This document shows, one piece after another, positions 18,392-29,399 of a stretch of DNA of 64,000 nt. The stretch is taken from NCBI GenBank assembly GCA_964367375.1, contig CAYIXG010000004.1:59556-123555 (forward strand), written 5' to 3'. Under the pieces are notes generated by a model. The model made no database searches. It worked only from the letters and a program-made list of their open reading frames with translations, and was not told where the DNA came from. Position numbers and translations under genes: made by a program. Source of the stretch: Candidatus Woesearchaeota archaeon (GTDB lineage: Archaea > Nanobdellota > Nanobdellia > SCGC-AAA011-G17 > UBA489). Every line of letters begins with the position of its first letter. Position 1 is the first letter of the stretch.

Positions 18392-20284
18392 GTGTTTATC
18401 ATTACCAAACTTATTTTCCTTTTCCTTCTCTTGTCTTTTCTCTTTGTTAGTGCAGTCGCAGCACAAGTCATCTTTCCCGCTCCTATTCCCATCACCATCC
18501 GTGATTCATTAACGAGAACACAGCATAACGTGCTTCTTGTAGGAGCTGATACCACCTCAGGAAATGCAGTAGAAAGCGATCGAGGACCTGATCCTCATGA
18601 TTCAGGAAGCATTCTCTACTTTTCCAGCGCAGCAGGAGCAACCTCTTTCATCCCAGGAGATGTTAATATTCCAGGGCCTGCAAACACAGACACTCTCGAA
18701 TTCACCGCAAACTTTGATGTCCTTACTTCCACAGGATGGGTGCCTGGAACAGGATACGTTATTGGCTTTATCTTTTCTTCCCTCTCTCCACGCCTCGGAC
18801 AAGAGAATGGTCTCGGAAATCCTTCCTTCGCAAGCATCGGCGGACCAACTTCTTATACCTCTTATAATAATAGATATGGAACTATCGTTCCTCCAGACAG
18901 ACACTATGGCGCACAAGCAATTGCTATCAATCCTCCTGGAGCACTCTCATCATATCCCTTTGCTGGAGGAGGATCCTTTACTTCTATTTTTGGACAAGGA
19001 GATATTGAAGGAAACATTGTCGCATTCGCTACTACTGAACCCATTCTTGCATCGGCAGTTACCACACAACCAGCATTTGCAACTGGTGCTTGTCCAGTAT
19101 TTCCTTCTCCTGCAGTTATCCTTAATGTTTTTCCTCCTGTAGGACCAATCACTTGTTATTACTTCAACAAATACATTGGATACGTTGACCTTTCCACCAT
19201 TACCCCTGCTACAGAAGGACTTCTTCTTCCCATTGCAGGATCTTCGGCAGCAACTTCTTCCGCTGCTACAACTCCAGGAGTATATGAAGACCATCCATCC
19301 GTTTCAGTAAATTCAATCGGTGAAACACTCATTGCCAGAGAAACAAACCTCGCCACTTTTCCTTCAACATCTTTTGATATTCAAGTTTATAACATTGCAA
19401 CTGCATCTGAAATAGCGATCATTCCTGAAATTGGATCTTCTCTCCGCAACCAACTCCTTCCCACTTTTGACTACCCTTTCATTGGATTCTTAGAACTTCC
19501 AAATCTTGTTTATCTGACTCCTGGCTTCCTCAACTTTCCCCCAGCAAATCTTCACCTTGCAGACATCTCTGGACCTATTGTCATTCGCACAACATCTCCT
19601 ATTGCACGAAGAGTTGTCAACTTCCCAAAACTTGCCTATGATCCAGCATCACAAACTGGCATCCTCGCATTTGAACAGTTAACTATCGGAGGAGGCCCCC
19701 TTATCATCAGTTATGTCCTTCTTAACGCAGGAGGCGTTGCCTCACCAGTCACTACAGTTCCCCTTCCTCCCGGAGCTGGAGGATTTGGAGGTCAAGGAAA
19801 CCTTGCAGTAACCTCAAATGGCGGTATACACACCATTTATTATGAAGCACTACGCGTCCTTCCTGGCGCGATAAGTCAAACACAAGAAATTTATGCATAT
19901 GATGTTTTAACCACTTCAAACACACTCCTTTTCTCAGACCCTCAAATTCAACTTCTTAATCCTACTCTTTATGGAGTGAACTCTTTTAGCGTCACTGGAA
20001 ATGGAAAACTTTTATCTGCAGTTACAGCTCCTGTAAATGGAGGAATTGTTACTCCCATTCTCATTAATATAGACATGAATGTTGGTGGATGCAGCATCTC
20101 TCCCTGCGCTGTGTATGAAAATGGCATATCTAATCGCGGACTTACTGGTGGGAATTCCTATATCTACCAAGAACCTATTCTCCTTGACAACAACGCCCAA
20201 ACTCCTCTCTATGCAGCACATATGCCTAATATCTTCCTCATCGGCACTACTCTTGGACGACTGGACATTGGCAATCTATACTAA
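18392..20284 (+). CDS. large secreted protein (630 aa), G/P/S/T/A-rich, unknown function
   Basis: Signal peptide MFIITKLIFLFLLLSFLFVSAVAAQ. No recognisable catalytic motif. Confidence 0.5.
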   Translation: MFIITKLIFLFLLLSFLFVSAVAAQVIFPAPIPITIRDSLTRTQHNVLLVGADTTSGNAVESDRGPDPHDSGSILYFSSAAGATSFIPGDVNIPGPANTDTLEFTANFDVLTSTGWVPGTGYVIGFIFSSLSPRLGQENGLGNPSFASIGGPTSYTSYNNRYGTIVPPDRHYGAQAIAINPPGALSSYPFAGGGSFTSIFGQGDIEGNIVAFATTEPILASAVTTQPAFATGACPVFPSPAVILNVFPPVGPITCYYFNKYIGYVDLSTITPATEGLLLPIAGSSAATSSAATTPGVYEDHPSVSVNSIGETLIARETNLATFPSTSFDIQVYNIATASEIAIIPEIGSSLRNQLLPTFDYPFIGFLELPNLVYLTPGFLNFPPANLHLADISGPIVIRTTSPIARRVVNFPKLAYDPASQTGILAFEQLTIGGGPLIISYVLLNAGGVASPVTTVPLPPGAGGFGGQGNLAVTSNGGIHTIYYEALRVLPGAISQTQEIYAYDVLTTSNTLLFSDPQIQLLNPTLYGVNSFSVTGNGKLLSAVTAPVNGGIVTPILINIDMNVGGCSISPCAVYENGISNRGLTGGNSYIYQEPILLDNNAQTPLYAAHMPNIFLIGTTLGRLDIGNLY

Positions 20285-20340
20285 ATTACTATTATGACCT
20301 CTCATCGAAACCTTTTAAAATAGACTCTTGAACATAACTT

Positions 20341-20850
20341 TTGGGGTTGTTATATATGAAACCAGCATGGATTGCAGTCTTACTCATCTTCGAATTTGCG
20401 CTTGGCATCACTGTCGGATACTTCTTTACAGATTATTTCACCTTAGAACAACCGCAACCATCTTCATTTCTCAGCTCTCCTGAACGAGTCAGCCCGTATG
20501 ACTTTGTTCGCGAAGACCAGATCAAACTTTCTCCTCATAAAGTAGAAATCTTGTTTCCTGACCACACTCTTGGCTGGGCGCGATATACTGATAGTAATTC
20601 CATGGATCCTACGCTTGACATTGGAACAAACGGCATTGAAATCATTCCAGAAAAACCCGAAGACATTCATGTGGGAAACATCATTGCATACAAGTATTAT
20701 GATGACATTCTCGTTCACCGCGTCATTGAAACAGGATATGACACTAATGGATGGTATGCAGTGACCAAAGGAGACAATAACGCTTTTCCTGACACTCGAA
20801 AAATACGATTTGCAAACGTTGTTGGGATGACCGTTGCGCTTATCTACTGA
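20341..20850 (+). CDS. signal peptidase I (archaeal S26B type)
   Basis: N-terminal TM, SNSMDPTL (Ser box) and GDNN motif. Confidence 0.7.
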   Translation: MGLLYMKPAWIAVLLIFEFALGITVGYFFTDYFTLEQPQPSSFLSSPERVSPYDFVREDQIKLSPHKVEILFPDHTLGWARYTDSNSMDPTLDIGTNGIEIIPEKPEDIHVGNIIAYKYYDDILVHRVIETGYDTNGWYAVTKGDNNAFPDTRKIRFANVVGMTVALIY

Positions 20851-21110
20851 TTTTTTTCTTCAAATTGTGAGGCGCACTTTGATGAGCAGAACCGATATAC
20901 TGTTCCATTCATCTCTTCTTCAATCATATTTCGATCCAACATTTTCTTACACATTGCACACTCTGCAACCTTCTCTGCCTCTTCATATCCTTCCATGAAG
21001 GCTTCATCCACATTCGTGATTTCATCTTCCTCTTCCATCAACTCTTCCCTGCCTTCCTCAGAATATAAACCGTCTTCCTCGTCAACCATATTATTATCCC
21101 CTTGTTGCAT
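20844..21110 (-). CDS. acidic TRASH/zinc-ribbon protein
   Basis: CAMC-x20-FCSSKC (C-x2-C-x20-C-x3-C) after an acidic N-terminus carrying EEL.EEEDEITNVDEAFMEGY. Confidence 0.5.
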   Translation of the reverse strand: MQQGDNNMVDEEDGLYSEEGREELMEEEDEITNVDEAFMEGYEEAEKVAECAMCKKMLDRNMIEEEMNGTVYRFCSSKCASQFEEKNQ

Positions 21111-21475
21111 ACTCTTTTTCCACTCCTTTCACTCTTTTAAATTTTTCTTTTCAAGAATGCATATGTCAAGGAAGGGGTAGGTGGGGAAAAGAGGTGTTAG
21201 GGAAAAGATATAATAAAACCCACTCTACCCGATCCCGTGACTATGAAGTGAGGTTCTTTTTCAGCGATGATGGACTATCACTCTTTTAGGTGTGTCTTTC
21301 TCTCTACCCCCAGCCCCTTTATGTTCCACTCCTATAAAAAAGTATCGCTCTTTCCTGACTTATAATTATCTTATCTATCATATTTTTTATAACATATATT
21401 ATTAAACATTCTATTCACTTTGATTCCCCTTAGAAATGTTTATAATGTCCATTCTTTTCTTCGTTTCTGAAAAAG

Positions 21476-22636
21476 ATGGTGGACATTAGCGAACGAGAAA
21501 TTGAACTTCCAGACGCAGTTATTGGCAAACTCCTCAAAATCGCTTCAGAAGACAAAAACGTCCTCAGCTTAGGACCAGGAGAACCAGACTTTAACCTTCC
21601 CGCACCACTCTTAAAGATTTTACCCACTCTTGCAAAAAATTGCAACCACTACAGCGCCCCTGGAGGAAGAACAGAACTCAAAGAAGCACTCGTCAAAAAA
21701 CTCCAGAAAGAAAATAAGATCACTGCAACACCAGAAAACATCATTGTCACCTGCGGAAGCCAGGAAGCGCTCCTTCTTGCCATTGCATGCACCCTTGATG
21801 TCAGCGAGCAAGTGATCATTCCAAACCCGAGCTTTATGGGATACCTTCCCACATTCGAACTTCTTGATACTTTTCCTGTTTCACTCCCCCTTCTCGAAGA
21901 AGAGGAATGGAACATCAACCCCGATGCGCTGAAAAAACTCATCGACCCCAAAAAAACAAAAGTCCTCATTCTCAACACTCCTGCAAACCCCACAGGCAAT
22001 GTTCTGAGCAGAAAAATATTAGAAGAAATAGCAGACATCGCTATTGAATACAATCTGTATATCTTCAGCGATGAAGCGTATGAAAAACTGGTGTATGACA
22101 AACAACACGTGAGCATTGGCAGCTTCAACGGCATGCAGAACAATGTCGTTTCCTTTTACACCTTCAGCAAAACCTATGCCATGTGCGGCTTCAGAGTAGG
22201 CTATGCCGTTGGACCGCGACTATTAATTGAAGCCATGACAAAAACACACATTTACACCACACTCGCAGCACCCACCATCAGCCAGCAACTTGCTGTTCAT
22301 GCGCTTTCCCTCAACGCTTCTTATATTGAAAAAATGCGCAAGGCTTATGATACACGACGAAAATTTCTTGTGCAGCGATTGAATGAGATTGGATTGCCTA
22401 CAGTTATGCCTTATGGTGCATTCTACACCTTTTCCAATATTCACGCAGTCATTGATGACAGCTACAAATTCAGCTATGACCTCCTCAAAAAAGCGAAAGT
22501 TGCAGTCGTTCCTGGCAAAGAATTTGGCAGTTATGGCGAAGGATACATCAGATGCAGCTATGGCACAGACATAGCAGTTATCAAAAAAGCACTTGACAAA
22601 ATTGAAGCATATGTCAAGAAACACCAGAGGAAATAA
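21476..22636 (+). CDS. class I/II pyridoxal-phosphate aminotransferase (aspartate aminotransferase-like)
   Basis: LGPGEPDF...NPTGNV...SFSKTYAMCGFRVGY carries the PLP-lysine motif SxSK. Confidence 0.8.
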   Translation: MVDISEREIELPDAVIGKLLKIASEDKNVLSLGPGEPDFNLPAPLLKILPTLAKNCNHYSAPGGRTELKEALVKKLQKENKITATPENIIVTCGSQEALLLAIACTLDVSEQVIIPNPSFMGYLPTFELLDTFPVSLPLLEEEEWNINPDALKKLIDPKKTKVLILNTPANPTGNVLSRKILEEIADIAIEYNLYIFSDEAYEKLVYDKQHVSIGSFNGMQNNVVSFYTFSKTYAMCGFRVGYAVGPRLLIEAMTKTHIYTTLAAPTISQQLAVHALSLNASYIEKMRKAYDTRRKFLVQRLNEIGLPTVMPYGAFYTFSNIHAVIDDSYKFSYDLLKKAKVAVVPGKEFGSYGEGYIRCSYGTDIAVIKKALDKIEAYVKKHQRK

Positions 22637-22642
22637 CTGCTC

Positions 22643-23359
22643 ATGAAACGCAACTGCATTATTCCTCAGCCTCACCTGGACATTACCAAACCTGCAGGCT
22701 TTTTCTTAGAACCTGCTATTTTTGGAGTGAATGATGGCATTGTCAGCATACTCGCGCTCATCGCAGGCTTTATTGCAGCAACAGTTGAAACAAAACTCAT
22801 CATCATCGGAGGACTTGTTGAAATCTTCTCCGGAGCAATATCCATGGCCATTGGAACTTATATCAGCACCAAAAGCAAACTCGAATTCTATGAAAATGAA
22901 ATCAGGCAAAGCCAATGCAACATCACCACAAACCCAACACTTGAGAAAAAACACTTAATTGCTTTATATCGTGAAAAAGGATTCAAAGGGAAAGAACTCA
23001 AACACATCGTTGCAAAAATCATGTCCAACAAAAAAGTCTGGAAACAAGTGGTTGTGCAAGAAGAACTTGGACTGACTGAATACCGCGTCTCCAAACCCTT
23101 TATTGCAGGGCTTGTCATGTTTTTTTCTTTTGTTTTCGCTTCCTTTATCCCGCTCCTCCCATTCTTCTTCCACCAAGGAACACCTGCTTTCCACATCTCT
23201 GCATTTAGCGGGTTACTCGTTCTCTTCTTTGTAGGGATGGCACGAACTTACTTCACTGGAAAACATCCCATTCGGAGCGGTATTGAAATGGTCCTCATTG
23301 GAGGCATAGCCACTCTCATAGCATATTCCATTGGCACCTTTGTTGGAAACTTATTTTAA
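22643..23359 (+). CDS. VIT1/CCC1-family Fe/Mn transporter
   Basis: GVNDGIVSILALIAG...EELGLTE...PLLPFFF. Confidence 0.6.
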   Translation: MKRNCIIPQPHLDITKPAGFFLEPAIFGVNDGIVSILALIAGFIAATVETKLIIIGGLVEIFSGAISMAIGTYISTKSKLEFYENEIRQSQCNITTNPTLEKKHLIALYREKGFKGKELKHIVAKIMSNKKVWKQVVVQEELGLTEYRVSKPFIAGLVMFFSFVFASFIPLLPFFFHQGTPAFHISAFSGLLVLFFVGMARTYFTGKHPIRSGIEMVLIGGIATLIAYSIGTFVGNLF

Positions 23360-23378
23360 TTTTTTTTAAGAAAACTAT

Positions 23379-24401
23379 TTATATTTCCAACACAATTTTA
23401 CCTATATGCATTCTTTCTTCCATCCTTCTTTGTGCTTCTTTTGCATGAGCAAGAGGAAATACTTTATCAATAATAGGTTTACATTTTCCACTCTTTATTA
23501 TTTCCACTACTTTTTCAAACTCTTCTTTTGTTCCCATTCTCGCACCAAGAATTGTCAACTGACGTACATATACATCACTTAAATCTTGTGTGCCTCTATC
23601 TCCACTCGTCGTTCCTGCAATAACAACCCTTCCCAAAGGACGAAGCATTGAAAGACTTGTACTCCACGTTTTTTCCCCAACACTTTCAAACACTACATCA
23701 ACTCCCAAATTATTAGTCATTTTCTTAACTTCCTCTACCATATTTTGTTTTGTATACAAAACAACTTCATCAGCACCAATCTCTCTTATACGCATTGCAC
23801 TCTCTTCTGACTTTGTTGCAGCTATAACCTTTGCACCGAGATGCTTTGCAATTTGAATTGCAGATGAACCTAATCCTCCTGAAGCACCCCAAATAAAAAC
23901 AGTCTCTTCTTTTTGCAAATTTGCACGACCTACAAGCATGTGCCACGCAGTTAAAAATGTGAGAGGGAATGCTGCTGCTTCAATAAATGAAAGGTTCTTT
24001 GGTTTTTGATAGAGTTGTGCGATTGGCGCAACAACATATTCTGCATATCCTCCTTGATTTTTCACTCCAAAAATATTCACGCGTTCACACGCATTTCCTG
24101 TTTTACATCGCATACACGTGCTACATGGAATTGCTGGATTTATCACTATTTCATGACCTTTTTTCAATGTACTTTTCCCATTTATTTCTTCAATAATTCC
24201 AGCAACATCTGATCCAGGAATATGAGGCATTGGAATCTGGCGAGCATTCTTATTATCTTTACGCAACCAAATATCAAGATGATTCAGACTGCACGCACGT
24301 ACTCGAATTAATGCTTCACCCTCCTTTGGTTTAGGAATTGGCAATTCTCCATAATTGAGAACATTCACTCCTCCAGGTTTCTCAAAAAATACTGCTTTCA
24401 T
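23379..24401 (-). CDS. Zn-dependent alcohol dehydrogenase/quinone oxidoreductase (MDR superfamily)
   Basis: MKAVFFEKPGGVNVLNYGELPIPKPKEGEALIRV. Structural-Zn Cys cluster CSTCMRCKTGNAC. GxGxxG region in the second half. Confidence 0.8.
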   Translation of the reverse strand: MKAVFFEKPGGVNVLNYGELPIPKPKEGEALIRVRACSLNHLDIWLRKDNKNARQIPMPHIPGSDVAGIIEEINGKSTLKKGHEIVINPAIPCSTCMRCKTGNACERVNIFGVKNQGGYAEYVVAPIAQLYQKPKNLSFIEAAAFPLTFLTAWHMLVGRANLQKEETVFIWGASGGLGSSAIQIAKHLGAKVIAATKSEESAMRIREIGADEVVLYTKQNMVEEVKKMTNNLGVDVVFESVGEKTWSTSLSMLRPLGRVVIAGTTSGDRGTQDLSDVYVRQLTILGARMGTKEEFEKVVEIIKSGKCKPIIDKVFPLAHAKEAQRRMEERMHIGKIVLEI

Positions 24402-24484
24402 TATCTTATTATTTCAGCTTTACTTTTATATATCCTCCTTTTTTCCACAAACCTTTATAAATCTCTGCTTCAGCACTAGCTTTT

Positions 24485-24784
24485 ATGACTCCAGAAAAAG
24501 AACCTTTTAGTCGTATTGTCAAGACACCCTCAGGGAAAACCTATCGCATCGAATTTGATAGAGAGGGTTGCATCGGCGCAGCAGCATGCGTCGCCGCAGA
24601 TCCTAAGCATTGGATCATGCAAGCAGATGGGAAGCCCAATCTTCATGAAGCAACATCTGAAGGGCATACACAAACAAAAACGATTACTGATGCAGAATTA
24701 GAAGACAGCATTCGCGCAGCAGAAGTCTGCCCTGTACGAGTGATCAAAATCTTTGACGAAGAAGGCAATCAAATCGCGCCGTAA
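24485..24784 (+). CDS. small single-cluster ferredoxin-like protein
   Basis: CIGAAACV...CPV. Confidence 0.5.
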   Translation: MTPEKEPFSRIVKTPSGKTYRIEFDREGCIGAAACVAADPKHWIMQADGKPNLHEATSEGHTQTKTITDAELEDSIRAAEVCPVRVIKIFDEEGNQIAP

Positions 24785-25095
24785 ACTTCCTTCAACTTCT
24801 CCATTTTCTTCTCTTCCTGTGCACCCGCTACTGTCATCTCTGTGATTATCATTGGCACTTCAACTTCTTCTTGCTTCACCCTTTGTTTTACAACACCCAT
24901 TTCTCTCTGAAAGCCATGCTCACTGAGATATTCCTTTATTTCATTCGTCTGGTCACTATATTGTTTTGGTTGTCTTTCATTAATTTTACTTACTAACGGC
25001 CTGGTAGAAAATCGTGCTGTGTTCACGTCAGCAAACGTCATCGGAAAATACTCTTTTAATTCCTTTAAACTCAACCGTCTTTCTTGTTGAAACAT
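24769..25095 (-). CDS. hypothetical protein
   Basis: ORF only. Convergent 16-nt overlap with the ferredoxin gene. Confidence 0.3.
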   Translation of the reverse strand: MFQQERRLSLKELKEYFPMTFADVNTARFSTRPLVSKINERQPKQYSDQTNEIKEYLSEHGFQREMGVVKQRVKQEEVEVPMIITEMTVAGAQEEKKMEKLKEVYGAI

Positions 25096-25136
25096 CTTGT
25101 TTCACCTCTTTCTTACCTTTTTTGAGCCCTTTCTTC

Positions 25137-25150
25137 TATATAAATATATA
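25137..25150. promoter_or_regulatory. palindromic TATA-like element (TATATAAATATATA) in a divergent intergenic region
   Basis: Sits between the minus-strand ORF starting at 25095 and the plus-strand wHTH gene starting at 25266. Confidence 0.3.
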
Positions 25151-25265
25151 GATTCTCAAAAATGCGAATGCTCGTATTAATATAGGTATCTATAATGGTA
25201 TGAATATTAGTACCACTCTCCCATAGTCATAAACACTTTTAAAACACAACATCCTTGCACCAGCC

Positions 25266-25463
25266 ATGAAACTCGGGGAAAAGATCGAGCGAGACATTCT
25301 TCTCATCTTGAAAGATTATTCTTTTCCTGTCTCCACTCGAGAGCTTTGCTTGAAGATTGATCGTGCATGGCACTCTGTTAATACTCATTGCCTCAAACTG
25401 CAAATCTCTGGCAAGCTCAAAGGCTACAAAATAGGCAACATCAACGCGTGGTCACTCAAATGA
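25266..25463 (+). CDS. small winged-helix DNA-binding protein (65 aa)
   Basis: DILLILKDYSFPVSTRELCLKID...KLQISGKL has a wHTH-like pattern. Ends at the start of the giant surface protein gene. Confidence 0.35.
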   Translation: MKLGEKIERDILLILKDYSFPVSTRELCLKIDRAWHSVNTHCLKLQISGKLKGYKIGNINAWSLK

Positions 25464-28400
25464 ATAATATATCATCACCCCGGATACTGTACCTCTTTTT
25501 GGCATTCATCATTCTCTTCACATCACTCGCGACTGCAACCCTTTTTTATATCAACACAGAATCAACATTCAACGAAGGAACTTATGACAACACTTTTTAT
25601 AACAGCACAATAGGAGCAGTGCAACTCAACGCAACATACACTCTCGGCAATTACACCAGCAAAGTCTTTGACGGAGGAAATGTTACATCCTGGGACAACA
25701 TCACCTGGACAGAAGGAGCACCATACAACGAAGAACTTCCTGACAACGCACAACGAGAACCAACACTTGGCGGTGTGGACATGAATGGAAATGTGCTCTT
25801 ATTGCACCTTAATGACGAAAATGGTGTCATTGCAGACACTTCAGGATCTGCAAATAATGGCACTGTTACTGGAGCAACAACAGGTGTTGGCGGAAGATAC
25901 ACCACTGCAATCAGCTTTGATGGAACAGATGACTCTCTCAGCATTCCACATTCCTCTTCCCTTAACATCACTGATGCATTAACTATTGAAACATGGATCA
26001 ATCCCTTTGGTGAAAGCAATATCACTATTGGCACTATCAACGACACTCTTACAGACACCTTCGAATTTGACACAGCAGACGCTCAAGAACCTTCCTTCAT
26101 TCCAGTTGAAAATGATGTGTATGCTATTGCCTACGAAGGACCTGGATCTGATGGCTTCATCACCACCTTCTCCATTTCATCTACTGGAGACATCGGATCA
26201 GCACTCAGCACTTTTGAATATGATACCTCTGATGGCATTGAATCAGACCTGCTTCACATTTCAGACACTACCTATGCTGTTGCGTATACTGGACCAGGAA
26301 ATGATGGATTTGTTGCCACCCTTCCTATCTATCCCAATGGAACCATTGACTCAGTCATGAATAGCCTTGAATTTGACACTTCAGACGCGGGAGAGTCAGA
26401 CATCGTGCACATTGGAGACACAACTTATGCCATTGCGTATACTGGACCAGGAAATGATGGATTCTTGATTACTCTTCCTCTTCATCCAAACGGAACCATT
26501 GGGTCAATCATTAATAGCTTTGAATTTGACACCTCAAATGCACAAGAACCCTTCATCCTTTCCGTCACCGGAGACATATATGCCATTGCGTACAGCGGAC
26601 CAAGCAATGATGGATTCTTGATTACTCTTCCTCTTCATCCAAACGGAACCATTGGATCAGTCATAGACACTCTAGAATTTGACACTGCAGACACAAACAG
26701 ACCGCAACTCATTTCCATTGAAGGAACAACTTATGCAATCAGCTATGACGGATCAAACGGCAATGGATTTATCGCAACAGTTGACATTGCTGCTGACGGA
26801 CAAATTTCAAACACTGTCCTCAACAACTTTGAATATGACATTCTTGATGGCACTGAATCAAGCATCATCCCTGTCGCACGAAACGTGTATGCGCTCAGCT
26901 ACAGAGGGGAAAACGGAGACGGTTTTATCGTTACTCTTTTCATTCAGCCCGATGGCACGATCATCCCTTCTTATGCTGATAAACTTGAATTTGATATTGG
27001 AGATGGTCGTGAATCTACACTCCTTCACATTACTGGGAATACATATGCTGTCGCATACCGAGGACCTGGTGACGATGGATTTGTGAACACATTCACCATT
27101 GTTACTCATAAAGGCATCTTCAAAGCAGGAGCATATGAGATTGATGCAAATTCCACAACCGCATTTGCAATCGCAAATGGTACACTTACTGCGCCACTCT
27201 CTCCGGGATGGAATCACGTTGTGTTTACTTATGATACAACTGCTGCGAATGACCAGCAACAACTCTATGTTAATGGACAACTCAGCGCGAGCACCACCTT
27301 CTCTCAACCGCTCAACACCAGTACACATCCACTCACCATTGGAGAATACCTGAATGCGACTCTCGATGAGTTTGCTCTGTATAACAGGGCTTTGAGCGCA
27401 TCAGAAGTTCTTGATAGATATAAACGAGGCATCCTCAACCTCACACTCTTCGTTCGGAGCTGCACTGCACCAGACTGCTCAGACAATACACTCTGGGACA
27501 CTTCTTTCGGAACATCACCTGGAATTCTTTCTCTTCCTAACAATACCTATCTTCAATATAGAGCACACTTCACGACTGAAAGTGCAGCGTACAGCCCTGA
27601 ACTCCTTAATGTGACTCTTTCCTCAACAGACAGCAATGCACCCCCATCAACACCTCTCTTGAATGAACCAGCAAATAACTCAAATATAGCACTCTCTAGC
27701 GTCATCTTGAACGCCACTGTTGCTGATCCTGAAGGAGGATTGCTTACTGTCTTTTTCATCGGAAACAATGATATTATTAACACCACTATTGATGTTTTTA
27801 ATGCTTCAGATGTGTCATATAACTGGACTGGATTGTCTGATGGAGCATACACCTGGAGTGTCATTGCAAACGATGGAACAACAAACACCTCATCAGAAAC
27901 ATTCTCCTTTACTGTTAGTATTCCTTCCTCATCATCACCCTCAGGAGGACCGGGCTCTTCTTCTCCTGAAGGAATAACAAGCAGTGGAGTTGAAACAAAT
28001 CCCCAAACAGGACAATCTATTCGACCATCACCTCCAGGGCAGACAGCACCATCTCCTCAAGCTGCTACACCACCTTCTCCAGCACCATCACCCTCAGCAT
28101 CTCCTCCAGCAGCACCACCAATTACTGGAGCAGCAGCTCTTGAAGGACAACCTGAACACATTTCCGGATTTTCTATCAAGAACTTCTTCACTTCCCTTAT
28201 TCCGTCAACTCTTGATGCTGTTCTTGCAATCCTTTTCCTCTTTGTACTTATTTTCACCCTCATCATGCTCTTGAAAACAAAAAGCTTCCGCATATTCACT
28301 CGCGTACCACGCACTTCACGCCCTGTTTTTGCCCGTTACCAGTCATATAAGCAAGAAGTCATCAACAAAGACATCCACTCCTACTTAGGAAGAAGATATA

Positions 28401-28552
28401 ATATTCCCACACACTCTACTTTTTCCACACCAGAACATCATTTTTCGAACGACAGAAAGGTTAATAAAAAGCAAAAACTCCCCCAAGTCCAACAGATCCG
28501 AAGCACTAATCCTCAATTAGAAAAACTCAAAGAGGTGTATAAGATTGAGTAA
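25460..28552 (+). CDS. giant cell-surface protein
   Basis: Likely start at MNNISSPRILYLFLAFIILF. Architecture: signal/anchor, then LamG/ConA-like domain interrupted by 7 tandem ~51-aa repeats, then an N-glycosylation-sequon-rich domain, an S/T/P stalk (...PSPPGQTAPSPQAATPPSPAPSPSASPPAAPP), a C-terminal TM (LDAVLAILFLFVLIFTLIMLL) and a basic cytoplasmic tail. Confidence 0.7.
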   Translation: MNNISSPRILYLFLAFIILFTSLATATLFYINTESTFNEGTYDNTFYNSTIGAVQLNATYTLGNYTSKVFDGGNVTSWDNITWTEGAPYNEELPDNAQREPTLGGVDMNGNVLLLHLNDENGVIADTSGSANNGTVTGATTGVGGRYTTAISFDGTDDSLSIPHSSSLNITDALTIETWINPFGESNITIGTINDTLTDTFEFDTADAQEPSFIPVENDVYAIAYEGPGSDGFITTFSISSTGDIGSALSTFEYDTSDGIESDLLHISDTTYAVAYTGPGNDGFVATLPIYPNGTIDSVMNSLEFDTSDAGESDIVHIGDTTYAIAYTGPGNDGFLITLPLHPNGTIGSIINSFEFDTSNAQEPFILSVTGDIYAIAYSGPSNDGFLITLPLHPNGTIGSVIDTLEFDTADTNRPQLISIEGTTYAISYDGSNGNGFIATVDIAADGQISNTVLNNFEYDILDGTESSIIPVARNVYALSYRGENGDGFIVTLFIQPDGTIIPSYADKLEFDIGDGRESTLLHITGNTYAVAYRGPGDDGFVNTFTIVTHKGIFKAGAYEIDANSTTAFAIANGTLTAPLSPGWNHVVFTYDTTAANDQQQLYVNGQLSASTTFSQPLNTSTHPLTIGEYLNATLDEFALYNRALSASEVLDRYKRGILNLTLFVRSCTAPDCSDNTLWDTSFGTSPGILSLPNNTYLQYRAHFTTESAAYSPELLNVTLSSTDSNAPPSTPLLNEPANNSNIALSSVILNATVADPEGGLLTVFFIGNNDIINTTIDVFNASDVSYNWTGLSDGAYTWSVIANDGTTNTSSETFSFTVSIPSSSSPSGGPGSSSPEGITSSGVETNPQTGQSIRPSPPGQTAPSPQAATPPSPAPSPSASPPAAPPITGAAALEGQPEHISGFSIKNFFTSLIPSTLDAVLAILFLFVLIFTLIMLLKTKSFRIFTRVPRTSRPVFARYQSYKQEVINKDIHSYLGRRYNIPTHSTFSTPEHHFSNDRKVNKKQKLPQVQQIRSTNPQLEKLKEVYKIE
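26060..27110 (+). repeat. 7 tandem ~153-bp (51-52 aa) intragenic repeats, consensus FE[FY]DT.D..ES.....G.TYA[IV]AY.GPG.DGF..T..I.P.GTI
   Basis: Periodicity is visible at the protein level. A 50-bp identical stretch (aatgatggattcttgattactcttcctcttcatccaaacggaaccattgg) occurs at 26453..26502 and 26606..26655. Confidence 0.75.
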
Positions 28553-29354
28553 TATTGTTGGCGTTATTTCCATCAAGGGAGGCGTGGGAAAAACATCCTG
28601 CGTTGCCTCTTTAGGCGCAGTTCTCGCAGAATCATTCAACAAACGCGTGCTCCTTGTAGATGCAAACTTCACCGCACCCAACCTCGCATTCCATTATGGG
28701 CTTGTGGATGTCCCTGTCACTCTTCACCATGTGCTCACTGGATCGCGCACGATCATGAAAGCGATTTATGAATACAATAAAAAGCTCCATATCCTTCCTG
28801 GATCATTGCTTGGGAAGAAAATAAACCCGTTTCTTCTTCGTAAAGAACTGAACACTCTCCGCGAATTTTATGATATTATCCTTATTGATTCCTCACCCAA
28901 CTTAAACAACGAAATCATGGCAACCATGATTGCTGCGGATGAACTTCTTGTGATTACCACACCTGATTACCCGACGCTCAGCTGCACCATGCACGCCATC
29001 AAAATTGCAAAAGAACGCAAAACACCCATTACTGGCATTATCCTGAACAAAATGAGAAACAAATCCTTTGAATTAACCATTGAAGACATTGAAGACTGCT
29101 GCAAAGTCCCTGTCATTGGCTATTTGCCTGATGATATTAGCATGCTTGAAAGCCTCGCACACTCAAAACCTGTTTCCCTGCATAGTCCTTTAAGCAATGC
29201 ATCCATTGAACTGCATAAACTCGCGGCAGCACTCGTCAATCAACAGTATAAAGACCCGCGATTCTTCTCGCAATTCAAACAATGGATCACGAAAGACGTT
29301 CGCAAAGATGAAGTGAACAGAGATGTGTTACGACAACGCCAAAACCATTGGTAA
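28545..29354 (+). CDS. MinD/ParA/Mrp-family P-loop ATPase
   Basis: Deviant Walker A ISIKGGVGKTSCVASLG. TTG start overlaps the upstream stop by 8 nt. Confidence 0.75.
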   Translation: MSNIVGVISIKGGVGKTSCVASLGAVLAESFNKRVLLVDANFTAPNLAFHYGLVDVPVTLHHVLTGSRTIMKAIYEYNKKLHILPGSLLGKKINPFLLRKELNTLREFYDIILIDSSPNLNNEIMATMIAADELLVITTPDYPTLSCTMHAIKIAKERKTPITGIILNKMRNKSFELTIEDIEDCCKVPVIGYLPDDISMLESLAHSKPVSLHSPLSNASIELHKLAAALVNQQYKDPRFFSQFKQWITKDVRKDEVNRDVLRQRQNHW

Positions 29355-29399
29355 TTCTCGAGTAACATTTATATACTGAAGTATATATGTTTACCTTCT

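Noticed and set aside
21181-21470. 300-bp divergent intergenic region examined for ncRNA (a C-box-like GATGATGG and a downstream CTGA)
   Set aside because: Spacing between candidate C and D boxes is about 90 nt, and no C'/D' elements or terminal stem were evident. More likely a divergent promoter region.
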